Source: Vicugna vicugna (taxonomy: Eukaryota). From it: a DNA stretch of 64,000 nt. Both the position numbers and the translations under genes were made by a program. The notes under the pieces were generated by a model. The model was not told the DNA's origin, searched no databases, and saw only the letters and a list, made by a program, of their open reading frames with translations. The stretch is from assembly GCA_013265495.1 (NCBI GenBank), contig MU058844.1, forward strand, positions 5,703,260 through 5,767,259. Reading direction: 5' to 3'. Of this stretch, positions 1 through 11,759 are shown one piece after another (the stretch's first letter is position 1; the number at the start of each line of letters is the position of its first letter).

Positions 1-329
1 GGACCGCCTGCTAGCTTTAGATCAGGAAGGAAGAGATGGTACTAAGGGTCGAAAATCAACACAAAGCTTGACATGGAAGAATAAATCTGAGCGTGACATT
101 CGTGTTTTCCCCTCTCCCCATAGCCTCTCTTCGTCCCCTTGTCACCTGAAATTCTTTGGTAGCTTTCCATTACCTGCAAGCTAATGACAAAACTAATCCA
201 GTTTGCAAGGCCCAGCATGGTTGCTGTGTGCATGCTGGGAACATTTGCCTTCCTTTTGCTTCTCTTACAATCTCTTCTCTGCCCCACCACTGAGACTTAG
301 CTTGTGCCAGTCCTTCTGGTTAGCAGGTT

Positions 330-635
330 CCTCTCGTATATTGAACTCCTACTCATCATTCAGATCTCTATTAAAGAGTTGCATCCTTAAGGTAGTACTC
401 CTTGAGTTCCTTGACAGGGTCAAATCTTCCTATTATAGTCTCTTGCAATAATATTTAACACTGGCTAGAGTTGGAGTTAGAGGATTTCTTGGTTAATAAA
501 GTTATTAATTCCAGTCTTCCCCATTCGACTTTAATCTTTATGAAAATAATGGCAGAGTCTGTTTTGAGTCATCACTGGATCTCCAGCATCTGGCATAATG
601 TTTGGGTAAGGATAGCAGCTGCGTAAATGGTGCAG
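330..635 (+). mobile_element. L2 3' fragment
   Basis: CTCCTACTCATCATTCAGATCTC...GGCAGAGTCTGTTTTG...CACTGGATCTCCAGCATCTGGCATAATG. Confidence 0.6.
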
Positions 636-2664
636 GCGCTTAGAGGCTCGCAAGAAATGTATTTGCCCCAGGGGAAAACAAAGGCACTGAGTTGCAAGTG
701 AATTTTAATTATAAAACGAAAAGTTGAATGGACTTTCCTGGGGTATTAAAATATTTGCCCACCTCTGCAGCCTCCTGCTCACTAATGTGTGAACAATTCA
801 TAGGTTATGCACTTTGAGTTATATCTCAAATTTTAATATAAATATAGCAAGAGTCCTTTGGAACACATGGATATTTGAAGGATACAAAGAGGTGTAGAAC
901 TGGCAAAGGATATAAAAGCTAAGTGACCAAATGTATAACTTGCACCAGGTATAACTGGTGTTACTGAAAACAGAAAAAAAAAAAAGTGTAATTGAGAATG
1001 CAGTGGCCAACCAGATAAAAGGCAATGGAAAGGCTCAAAATATAGGAACAAGGGAAACTTCACTTTAAATTGAAGAGAAGGTCACTGGTGGCCTTAAAAA
1101 AAGGAATTTGAGATGCTAGACAGCAAAGAGTTCGGCAAGAAATTGATTGTCAGGAACAGAAGTCATGTTCAAGCAATTTAGAACTGAAAAGGAATAAAGA
1201 CCCCCCTGGACAGAACTGTCAAATGATGACTCCTTCATAAACGGAAAAACGTTATTGGATGGGTGTGTGAAATACTAAGTAACAGTTATCCTTTTAAGTT
1301 GGTCTTCATAACTTATAGCAAACATACTTACAAGGTTTACAATATCATCATGGTTAGAAGAAGAGGACAACAATATATCTAAAGATGTAGAAAACTGTGG
1401 GGATTATTGACTGAGCAGTTAATTTATTCTCATAAAAATGATTGTTTCAATTGAAGCTATTTATAAGCATCTTTGTAGACAGTAAAGAACTCTTGCCTTG
1501 TAAGAAAATAAAAAAATAAACCTCCTGACGTTAAGACTTGGGCCTTCCAGGGAGCCACAGAATATTCAAAAAGAAGTGATGCTATACCAGAAAATACCTG
1601 TAGCCTGCTAAATAGAAGAGTTCCACACCTAAAGAGGCTGGAGAAATCAGCTGAAGCCCAAAGAGAGAAAGATACGCAGTGGATACAGGTTAAATATCTA
1701 TATGATTAGCATGAATACTGTACTACAGATACAAATATGAATACAAAATAAATGTATATACATAGAAAATTGTGTATCTTTATGTATGCAAAAATACACA
1801 TTTAGTGTTAGAAAATTTTGTTTTCAAAGTTGGCTACAGACTGAGCTATTTATTTTGGTAGCTCTACAGTGATTATAGAATTCTTCTTAAGAAGAGATTT
1901 CTGATTTGCTTTGAAAACAGCCACTTTGATTAATTTACATGTTCTTGTGGTTTGGGGGAAGGGCAGGGCATCTTTAAATAGTCAAGTCAAGAGAGAAATG
2001 ATAGCTTTCCTCTTTGCGAAACAGTCTGAAAAGCAAAGCAACAGGATTTGACTACTAACTCCAGCAGCCTACATGGGAGGAGGCGGGTGATGCACTATGG
2101 ATTCAGAGAATAGGGAGGTCAAAAGTGGGTTTTGAAATGGGAAAAGTTGGCCACAATGCTGTGCCTAGGGAAACTCATGGCCACCTACATGTAGCAAAGA
2201 GGTTCTTTCAGCAACGTTTTGTAGTCAGACTCTACCGAGGACTAGACTCCAGAGAACAGCGGGAGCACAGGAACCCAAAAGCCACCTGGGGTACTCGTGG
2301 AATAAAAACATGGGAAGAAGTCCAAAGACAAGAGGCAGAGGGTGGTGTCTAAGGTCTGAGCTGTGGGATCTAGGCAAGGGGACCGAGATCAGACTCTAGT
2401 TTGTTAAAAATCTAGGGAAGCAGCGCCTCAATGTGGAAACCTGGCTTGCTAACAAGGGAGCTATCGACTGGGAAAGGGCCGACTGGTTCCTACTTATGGG
2501 CAAGTTCTCAAGGACTGGACAGGGATTCTGAAGTCATAGAAATGTCAGCATCTGGGACGGATTGGGACCTCAGGATTAGGTTGGTGCCTCTGTTAGTGAA
2601 GGATAGAGGCCTGAGCTGAAGCCCCACCATCTGGTTTATTCATCTGAGTTAGACGAGGGCGTGA

Positions 2665-2870
2665 GAGTCGGGGGTTAAGACTGTCAGCTGCACATTAATT
2701 CCTGGCTGCACCATTTACCAGCAGTATGGCCATGGGCAAAGCACTTAACATCTCTTCGTCTCAGGTGCATCTGAGGAATGCTGTGAAAATCCAATGAGAT
2801 GATATATACCATCCATTTTGCACAACACTGGTACCCAGTACCTGCTGGATAACTGCTGTACCTTATCATC
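2665..2870 (+). mobile_element. MIR SINE
   Basis: MIR core: CCTGGCTGCACCATTTACCAGCAGTATGGCCATGGGCAAAGCACTTAACATCTCT. Confidence 0.7.
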
Positions 2871-2899
2871 AACTAACCTGCAAACTCTATGCTTCAGTT

Positions 2900-3245
2900 C
2901 CACTGCTCTTCAAACTCAGCTCCGGGTGTGAGTCACATTTTCCCTCTGCTTAGAGCACTCTGTGTTGTCGATTCCTTTTCATCCTTCAGGTCTCAGTTCA
3001 GATGTCATTACTGGTGGAGTATCGGATTCCTTCCCAGACCATTTTGCAGTGGGGAGGTGTCCCTCTTTTGTGCTGTGTCAGCACTTGCACTTTCCCTATC
3101 GTGTATTTTAATTGCCATTTCCTTCTCTGTATCTCCCATTAGACTCAAAGCTCCATATGTTTGGGGATTTCATATGTTTTATCTGCTGCTATGTCAGCAG
3201 TGCTGGCATAGAGTAGAAGATCATTAAATGGTGATTAAATGAATA
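2900..3245 (+). mobile_element. L2 3' end
   Basis: TCATCCTTCAGGTCTCAGTTCAGATGTCA...TCTCCCATTAGACTCAAAGCTCC...GTGCTGGCATAGAGTAG...TAAATGAATA. Confidence 0.7.
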
Positions 3246-3873
3246 GACGGTGAGAGACCCCAGACTTAGATCCCTTTGGAGAGCCATAATCTGAAAGGAT
3301 TTTTCTGTTACAGCTTAATTTGGGGGCTGGTAATTGGAGAGCAGAACTATAAGTTCTGCAGTCCCTTTCAGAAGGTGGCAGTGGGACCCACTCCTCTGTT
3401 AATCCCTGTCCCCCTTCTGACACAACAGTATTGGTAGGAACAGCTTTCATTTTGAAGTATCTTGTGGCCCACAAGCCACTGTGTCCGTCACCATCTTCCC
3501 CATTCTGGCTGGTGTAAACATCCCTGAGGACTGATCACTGAAGGACAGCTCAGCATCAAGCAGAGCAAAGCATTCTGGGAAGTAACCACATGGGTGCTTC
3601 TGCTTGTGGGCATGTGGGCATGCCTTATGCAAGCCACTGCTCTTCTGAGTATTCACAAGCTCTTCCTTCACATTTCTTTTTATTTTAATTGACTCATTTG
3701 TCTTTGTGAGAAAAATGAGAAGTGAACTCCACCAGCAGTGCTACCTGCTGGAAGCAGATTGGGAGCTTGAAGAATGCAGGAGCCTGAAGAGCTGCACATA
3801 GAAGCCACAGGGGCTAAGCTAGAGTAGAGCCCCTCTTTTCTCCTCCTGGGAGATGTTCTTATTGCCTGGGGGA

Positions 3874-4409
3874 TGTATGAGTTCTCTATTGCTGTGTGAC
3901 AAATTACCACAAAGTTAAGCACCTAAAACAATGGACATCATCTCACAGTTTCAATGGGCCACTGATGCAAGCACAGCTTCGATAGATCTTTTGCTCAGAG
4001 TCTCAAGAGGTTGCAGTAAAGTCTGGAGTTTAGGTTCTTTTTCAGGCCCGGGTGTTGGTTGGCAGAGTTCTGTTCCTTGCGGCTGTAGGACTGAGGATGC
4101 AATTTTCTTGCTGGCCATCAGCTGGGGGCTGCTCTCAGCTCTACAAGCTGCCTCAGTTCCTGCCAGGAGGTTTCTCATAGGCTCTCTCTCAACATGGCTG
4201 CTTGCTTCTTCAGAGCCAGCAGGGGAGTCTTTGCTCCAGTCTGCTCAAATGGAGTATTAAAGAATAATATAATCATGGGAGTAACATTCCATCACTTTTG
4301 CCATATTCTGTTGGCTGTAGATCAGTCACAGGTTCTGCCCATACTCAAAGGGAGGGAATTATACAAAGATGTGACTCACTGAAGGTCACCTTAGGATGTG
4401 TCTACCACA
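3874..4409 (-). mobile_element. MaLR solo LTR (MLT1E/F-like)
   Basis: TGTATGAGTTCTCTATTGCTGTGTGACAAATTACCACAAA...GGCTGTAGGACTGAGG...CCATATTCTGTTGGCTGTAGATCAGTCACAGGTTCTGCCCATACTCAAAGGGAGGG...CTACCACA is the typical antisense MLT1 layout. Confidence 0.85.
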
Positions 4410-4932
4410 GGGAGCCATCACAGGATATTCTGGGACCACTAAGTGACTGTCAGCTCCCACCACCTAACCACTTGTAGGGACTTTCCACAAAACTCTCTAA
4501 ACTGGCCAGAGCCAGAGCTCATAGCAAAGAGCTAATTTTGAGCGAGGAAAGTGGATCATCACCAAGAGAAAGTGATCACTGGAGCCAGAAAGATGGCCAG
4601 CTGCTTCCTCCTAACTACTCAGCAAGGAAAAGCTATAGTCACATGTACAAATTGTGGAATGGGAGAGCTGGGGCAAGGGCTGTGGTTTGACTGTCATTAG
4701 ACATTTTGGATTAGGGACCCCTATTTTCAATCCATTATCAAGAAGAGAGCCATTGAGAGTCACCTTGTTGATAATGTCACTTGGGACCGCCATTGTTGTT
4801 CGTCTGCCAAATAAGGCAAATACCCGAGAGAGTTCCCGCTTCTGGACTCCTTTAGCAGCTAGACTCAGCTCTCCTCCCCCTGCATTGCTGAAAGCTCTTA
4901 GGGGCAGCAAAACCCCTAAGGGGCTGGGAGGG

Positions 4933-4943
4933 GTGTGTGTGTG

Positions 4944-4987
<44 letters not shown>
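4933..4987. repeat. (GT)n microsatellite
   Basis: Direct read; one TT interruption. Confidence 0.97.
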
Positions 4988-5129
4988 AAGGTGGAGAGTG
5001 AGGGTTACTGCCTTTCACAAGCCGTTGCCGAGGGACTGTATACAGAAGGGTTTTGTTGGCACAGTTAGCTTTCGACAAGCCCCTGTCTCCCCACTTTTTC
5101 TTCTCTTTTATCCTTTCTATATGCATCAA

Positions 5130-6165
5130 AATATCCTAGTATTTTATTTTAAGTACTTTCCTTGGCAATCAAATAGAATATTAATAACATTTCACCCTAA
5201 TTATCGTTTGTTTAATCTCTCTTCCTCCCTCTCTTTCATCATTTGAAGGAAGTTGCACGTTTTATGGCCTTTTACTTGAAAATATGTTGATCTTTAATTC
5301 CTAAGAGTAATGATATTCTCTTATATAACCACAGTAAAATTCTCAAATTCAGTTAATATTGATATTATACCATTGATATAATACTTTAAAGTAATACATG
5401 TCCACATTTCAACTTTGCCTCCTGACCAGAAAGCATTCCTGTGGAGCACTTTTACCTCTCCAGTACAGCGTCAGTTCTAGGATGAGGATTGCATTTGGTT
5501 ATATCTCTTGAGACTCCTTCAGTCGGAATCATATCAGAGCCTCTTTTTGTCTTCCAGGATATTGGTAATTTTGAAGAACACAAACCTCCTTGTCCTTTCT
5601 TTAATTGAATGTTCCTCTTTTTGGATTTGCCTGATGTTTCCTGATTAGTTTTAGATTAATGATCCCAGGTAAAAATGACACATAGGTGAACTTTTTTCTT
5701 TCCGGGAATCAAATCTGGGGATATCTAATAGCCATCTGTCTTTCACTGGTGATGTTAATTTTGAAAATTAAAACAGCAGTCAAGATGTTGCTCGATTTTC
5801 CACTGTAATGATTCTTTTTGTTCTCCCTTGCAAGTAATAAGCAGTCTCTGAGAGCCATTTTACAACCATGCAAATATCTTGCTCCACATCAAAAACCCTC
5901 TCCTAGATTTAGCATCTATTTGTGATTTACTTGATCCAATCTTTACTGTCTTGTAAGCAAAATGATAGTTTTCCAACTCCCACTCTTTCTACAAAAATTT
6001 ACTATTTGGTTCTCTGCATCCTAATATAAATAAGGACTAGATCTTCTCCCCTGTTTACTATCTATTTACTATTGATATAGACTCATGAATTATTACTTTG
6101 TTCAATAGCTTATAATTCATTACTCTGCTTAGTTATTTTGATCCTCACATTTTCCCAGATTGAGT
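5130..6165 (-). mobile_element. L1MC4/5-type 3' end, degraded
   Basis: GATATTCTCTTATATAACCACAGTA...TTGCATTTGGTT...CACTGGTGATGTTAATTTTGA...TATAATTCATTACT...TTATTTTGATCCTCACATTTTCCCAGATT. Confidence 0.7.
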
Positions 6166-6659
6166 CAAGATTTTACTCTTGAAAGTCTAGGCAGACTACC
6201 CTCCAGGGCAGAGCTGGCCTTCTCAAGAGGAAAAGGCGGCCCTAATCAGCAATGAAGCCTCAGTGGCAGTTGAACCAGAGCTGGCCTGCGATCCTAGACC
6301 AGCTAGACTGCCATCAGTGAGCAAGCAGTCTACAAAGTGTTACCCAGATGCCAGGTAAACCTCTCCCGGTCCTAACCGCAGGCAGGGCAGCACATGCTCA
6401 AGCAGCCTGTTCTGACAGTGCTAACAAGCCTCTTGCTTCAGTCTGACCTGTTGTCTGCTTGATCCCACCTGAGTCTCACCTGAACCTGCTTGGCCAACCC
6501 AGCCCTCCTTTCATCTGAGACTGAGAGGAAATTGAGATTATTCATGGCACTGATGGTGGTCTCCCAGTGTCTCTGAAGTTCCCCCCACTTCACTGCCTAC
6601 CTCGTTTTCTTCCTGGCCCATCAAATCACCCAGGAATTAAAGACCAACATATTTAGGAG

Positions 6660-7150
6660 TAAAAGGCCATGATGTGTGCAATTTCCTTTAAATGATGAAA
6701 GAGAGAGAAGGAGGAAAGGAAAGGGAGAGAGATTAAACAAATAATAATTATAGTAGAATGTTAGTACCATTTGAATCTAGGTTAAGAATGTATGGATGTT
6801 CTTTATACTATTTTTATTCTTGCTAATTTTTATATACATTTGAAATTATTTCCAAATGAAATTTACAGTTGCATAATATATATTATTAAGTTTTTTAAAA
6901 AATCTAGTACAGTGTGTTCACTTGCTCTCTCACTTGTTAAAAAATACGTACAAACACTAAGACACACACATACTCATTAATATGCATGAGAGTGTCCGGA
7001 AAGATACATAAAACAAGAAAATGTTATTGACATTTGCCTCTGGGTCAGGGACTGTATAATGGATGAGAGAGAGACCTACTTTTCACTATACAACTTTTTT
7101 ATACTGTCTGAGTTACAAAAAAAAAAAAAAGCAAGTACTTTTAAAATGAA
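6660..7150 (+). mobile_element. Two adjacent old L1MC/ME 3' fragments
   Basis: TGAATCTAGGTTAAGAATGTATGGATGTTCTTTATACTATT and GGAAAGATACATAAAACAAGAAA...GAGAGACCTACTTTTCACTATA. Confidence 0.55.
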
Positions 7151-8899
7151 AATAATAGTTTAATTTAATTCAGTTTCATACATAATAATACAGAATTGTT
7201 TTGTGTACCTTAGTCTAGGCCCTAAAAATATAATGAAAAAGATTTATTTTGAATCTAATGCCCTCAAGTAAATCATATTCTACTTGGAAAGAAAAGGGAT
7301 AAGATCTTCTATTCAATGAAGGAAGGTAAGAGAAATATGCTGTTATTAAAATGAAATAAAGAGAACAGAAGTACAAAACCTTAGTTGTACATCTGGATCT
7401 CCGACTGTTTTAATTGCACCTCAGTTAAAGCATTTATACTTTATTCTTCTCACTTAGTAAGAGATTGAGTAATATTTTCCCCTCAGCTCTCCATATAAGG
7501 GTGTTCTAAGGATTAATGAGATCATTTTTATGGAGATTCTTGGACTTCAGTTGGAAAGGATATGAAATACAAATAAATAATATTATTAATGTCAGCTATA
7601 AAACATACTTCTTTGAAATAAGCTCAAGTGCCAATGAAAGAAAGGACAAAAGAAAGGATGAAAGAAAGAAAGAAGAGAAAAAAGAAAAAAAGAGATATAA
7701 ACCTTCTTATATTAACTTCTTAAGACTTTCACCTGCTCTCTGGAATATCTGTGTAATTTGGCACTTTACAGCAAATGCAGTCATGTTCCTTCCTCCGTGG
7801 GCTTCCAATAAGGCATATTTTTGTGTTATCAAGGCCAGATTTATTGAGACATCCAAAAAGTGATGACTTTGGGACAATAACCTTGCAGTTATTCCCCTGA
7901 GATTGAATCAAAGTTTGCTGGTGTCTCTGACAACCCTTTTGGAACACGTCCAGTTTTAATAACACAGTTGGTGTGAAACACTTCCTAAAGGAAAAAGAAA
8001 GACAAGAACACCAACAGAATACCACTATATAAAAACAAAGTTAAAAGATTGTGTGTAGAAAGGGTGTTAAGGGTCGACCTTTAAGATCACAAAAGAGTAA
8101 ATTCCAAGTTTGAAGTTGAAATCTGGGTCTTAAGAGTTTCCCACTGTACCGTATACTACTGCTGTATTGAACAATTTTTTAATGTTATTCTGATAGCCCC
8201 AGAAAGCATGAGGTCTACTATAAATGAATATTTTAGACTTTTACTATCAACACTATGCTTGCATAGTACTTTTTTTCTCAAAGACTTTCACATTTATTAC
8301 CTCATTTGAGAGACTGCTGCTTGTTCAATGGCCTTTTCATTAAATCACATCATCTCTCTAGTAACTTTTTCATTCCTCTTGTGACTGAAAAGTACACCTT
8401 AATTGTAACCATAAATAATTCTATGTGTTATTATTGTGCTGGATAGAATATTGATTATTGAGCATAAAGGCTTAAAAATTCGAAGATGGCATATGATACA
8501 AATATAGATCTGCTACCAAGCTATATCTATGCTGTCCAGGTTTTCCCTCACAATTAGAGCTGTCCCTTCAGCAATAGCTTTGTAACTACTGACCCTGAAA
8601 CTGCATAAGCTGACCTCAAATAAACTCTATAACAGTGTAAAATGCATGCGTCCACATTTGCCTTTTTTATGTTTTGGAAAATTTGAAGATTGGAATAGAA
8701 AACACCCAATACTGTAGCAAAATAAACAGGGAAATTATGAAGATGTATAAAATAACACAAGGTAACAGTAACTCAAGACAACTAAATTCTTTCAATCATG
8801 GATTATTCTTTTCAAATAGCTCAAAGCATCTCTTCTGTGTCCAGACTTTTGTATTACTTAATCACGTAAGTAATTACTTAACCAATTACTTGAATGTGA

Positions 8900-9930
8900 A
8901 GGTTGAATGCCAGAGGTAACAGAAGTGGTCAGTTTAATAGGAGCAAATTTATCCTGGAAGCATGAGTCTAAGAAGTATGGTTATCTTGATAAATAATTGC
9001 TAGTTTCCCAATGAAGAGGCTTGCTCATCTTCTGCCAGCACATCGTATCGTTCAGTGACAGAGGCTGGGAACACGGCGGCAGGGGAAAGATGAGGCTGGA
9101 GCGTTGGCAAGGAGGAAAGAAAATATTACAAAATGCACCTTGTAAAGCCCTGTATGAACTATGTGTTGTCATCCACATGAAGGAAGAAGTCACTGGAGAG
9201 TTTTAGTTTTATTAAAGGAGTGAGAGACACATGTTTAGATTTTAGGGGAAAAATCCTTTTTGATTCACTGTTACTGCAATAGAAGCAGACAAGTTTAGAA
9301 CAGAGATGCCAGTCAAGTGTATGTTCAGAGTTATGGAGGAAACAGGTGATGTGGTCTGAACCTTTATGGCATGTGGTGTGGGGCCGGGAGGAGTAGAGAA
9401 GTAGATAAATTCGAGCAAGAAGGGTCAAAAGGATATGCACTATTCACATGAACTGGAGTGCATGAGAAAGACCTGTCCTGGGAGGCAAAAGGATATAAAT
9501 AAACCTCTGGAAATGGATTATATACCACAGCAATTTGAGAAAAGAACTAAGGACTGGTTTTTCAAAAATATCAACACTTAGGAAAGGCAGAAGGAAATAA
9601 ACAGACAGCCCAAATGAGGAGACAGGAAAAAAAAAAAACCTAAGAGAAGAGTCATATAATTGGAGTTAAGAGAAAAGAATAGTTCATGGAGGTGGGAGGA
9701 GGCGATGGTGTCAGTGTAGTACCCGTTCATGTGAGAGGAAAAAAATAACAAAAACGCAAACTGGGAAGTGCCTGTCAGTTTTAGCAAAAAGGAGGTCATT
9801 GGTGACCTTGGGAATAGCAGTTTTAGTGGAGTCTTGTGGGAAGAATACAGATTAGCAGGGGTTTAGGAATGAATTAGAAGTAAATTAGGGGAGACAAAAC
9901 CGAAGCAACTAATGTGAAGGGAGAAAGAGA
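8900..9930 (-). mobile_element. Degraded L2 fragments
   Basis: Purine-rich stretch including AGGAGGTCATTGGTGACCTTGGGAATAGCAGTTTTAGTGGAGT, a typical antisense L2 block. Confidence 0.55.
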
Positions 9931-10348
9931 GGGAGTTAAGTAGAGGGGACAACTGGTGTCTGCCAAGAGCTCTGGACTGATGTATGTGCTGTCAAGAGCT
10001 CTGACTATGTACCCAAGAACTGTCAGCACGAACTGGGACTTAAGCTTACATATACTGTTTACCAGACACAGATTGGTACCTATTTTGCATTTAGAATGAT
10101 ACTTAAACCACAGCAGCGTGCTGACTCAGCAAAGTGATTCATACTTGATGGAGAGTTGCCCTCAAGTGTGCACGCAAAGTGCCACGTTAGGCGCCCAGTC
10201 ATTCTTCAATAAACATTCACCTGACATGGTTAAAGGACTGGGTCTATTCATCTTAGGTTGCCTATCGCTTTGTGAAAATCAATTCGCATCTTTGGTTTTC
10301 TTTGCTTGTAATTTTTTTTCCCAAATGATGTGTCTCTAGCCGTGTAAG

Positions 10349-10743
10349 TGTTGGTTTGTAAACTGCTCTCTTACACAGAGGAATGGGAGAGAGTGAAGAA
10401 AGAGTCAGACCACTCCAGATTGGTAGTGGCAGTTTTAATAAGCAAGGGAACTTACTTACGAGGCTTGTCTTGGGTGGCCATAAGACACGTAGATCTCCGT
10501 TCTCACCTGCCAGAATCTTATGCGTTTGTATAAAAGCCTTAACTGGGCTGAGTCTTGTATATCGTCTGAATGGACTCAGCACCACAGTGCTCTCAAGGCT
10601 GCATCTTTGGGCCGGTACTATCGCGGGGAAGGCAAGTGAATGCACACTCCAAGGACAGGGGAGGGGATGAGGAGCCTCTGATGGTCTGGGTCCCGCTTGA
10701 GGGTCAGCTGGCAGTCATGTCCTCTTGATGACCTCCTCCAACA
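10349..10743 (-). mobile_element. 3' LTR (395 bp) of the split ERV
   Basis: On the minus strand it reads TGTTGGAGGAGGTCATCAAGAGGACATG...TTTACAAACCAACA and contains an ATTAAA polyA signal. It is collinear with the LTR at 24323-24705 and is followed by CTTAC (plus strand GTAAG, 10344-10348). Confidence 0.92.
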
Positions 10744-10755
10744 CTTTACCCCCTC
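10744..10755 (-). promoter_or_regulatory. Polypurine tract of the ERV
   Basis: Minus-strand GAGGGGGTAAAG lies immediately before the TG of the 3' LTR. Confidence 0.8.
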
Positions 10756-10859
10756 ATGATCGGCTCTTACATTTGTATATGGCCCCCTCTTCCGCCCTGT
10801 GCCCTGAGCTGTCAGCAAGGGGTTTTACTAGCATGGAGGTGGCTCAGTTTGTAGAACTG

Positions 10860-11400
10860 TCTGGCTGTCTTGGAGGCAGATGTCACAGCAACAGTGTAGA
10901 CATATGTAAGAGAAAACACATCTAGGTAATGATTTTCGAAATAAGTAACAATATTTTTTTTTCACTAAGAGCCCCATGACCCAAACCACTGACTTATTAA
11001 GTCTCTTAGGTTGGGGGTCAGATCACTCATGGCATTTACTTGGATTTTTATGTGATTTATAAAGATGATACATTAGCAGACTTACCAGGCATGAACAGAT
11101 AATATTCTCTTTGGATAAAGGCACAGGTGCCTCCTTGTGAGGTAATAATAATGTCCAAGGCCATTTTATTTTGGAGGAAAGCTTTTTTTTTTTTTAATTA
11201 GTGACATCTCAATGTGCAGTATGAGCAGGCTTTGTTGGCTGTCACTTGAGGCTTGCTGAGGGAAGTTAGTAAAGGCTTGCTTGTGGTCGGATATGTCCTC
11301 CAGGCCAATGGAGGGGACCAAAACAGCACCCAAATGATTGTACCGGTGGACAACTGAGTATGTCCACCTGTCCTTGAGGAGAGGGAGGTTGGCAGCTTTA
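10860..11400 (-). pseudogene. env: Degraded retroviral env, TM subunit region (gamma-type immunosuppressive domain)
   Basis: The minus strand translates as KDRWTYSVVHRYNHLGAVLVPSIGLEDISDHKQAFTNFPQQASSDSQQSLLILHIEMSLI, then a frameshift in an A13 run, then AFLQNKMALDIIITSQGGTCAFIQREYYLFMP...NAMSDLTPNLRDLISQWFGSWG. This matches the LQNRxALD ISD and a decayed CX6CC. Confidence 0.88.
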
Positions 11401-11759
11401 GGAACTTGACTTGGTTGTGCATATTATAAATGTTGGCCGGTGGAGGCATGACTGTTGATCAGGCTGGGACCTTCATTTTCTCCCCTCTTTCAATAGTGCA
11501 TGTTCCAAGTTTCCAGTGTAATGCATTTTAACTGGTCTGGCTTGCAGCAGGACAATGGGATACCAGTGAAGACTGAGTGGTTTCCTCTCACCCGGGGGTG
11601 CAAAGTAACTCACTCATCTTATTGGGATGTCTCATAAATTCCAGTGGATAATGTCTCTCAGGCAGGATGGGGCTTGGTGTTTTCAGCAGCGTAGCACGTT
11701 GATCCGTGGTCAGAGTTGGGGCAATGTCTGTTTTTGGATGATTTCCATACCTTTATGGC

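Noticed and set aside
4611..5129. 172-aa and 115-aa ORFs with HT/VC repeats
   Set aside because: They are read-through of the (GT)n microsatellite and show no recognisable domain.
10879..11209. 9-bp inverted repeat AGATGTCAC / GTGACATCT bracketing an AT-rich segment
   Set aside because: The enclosed sequence is continuous env TM, so it is not an insertion; a 9-bp match at this range is plausible by chance.
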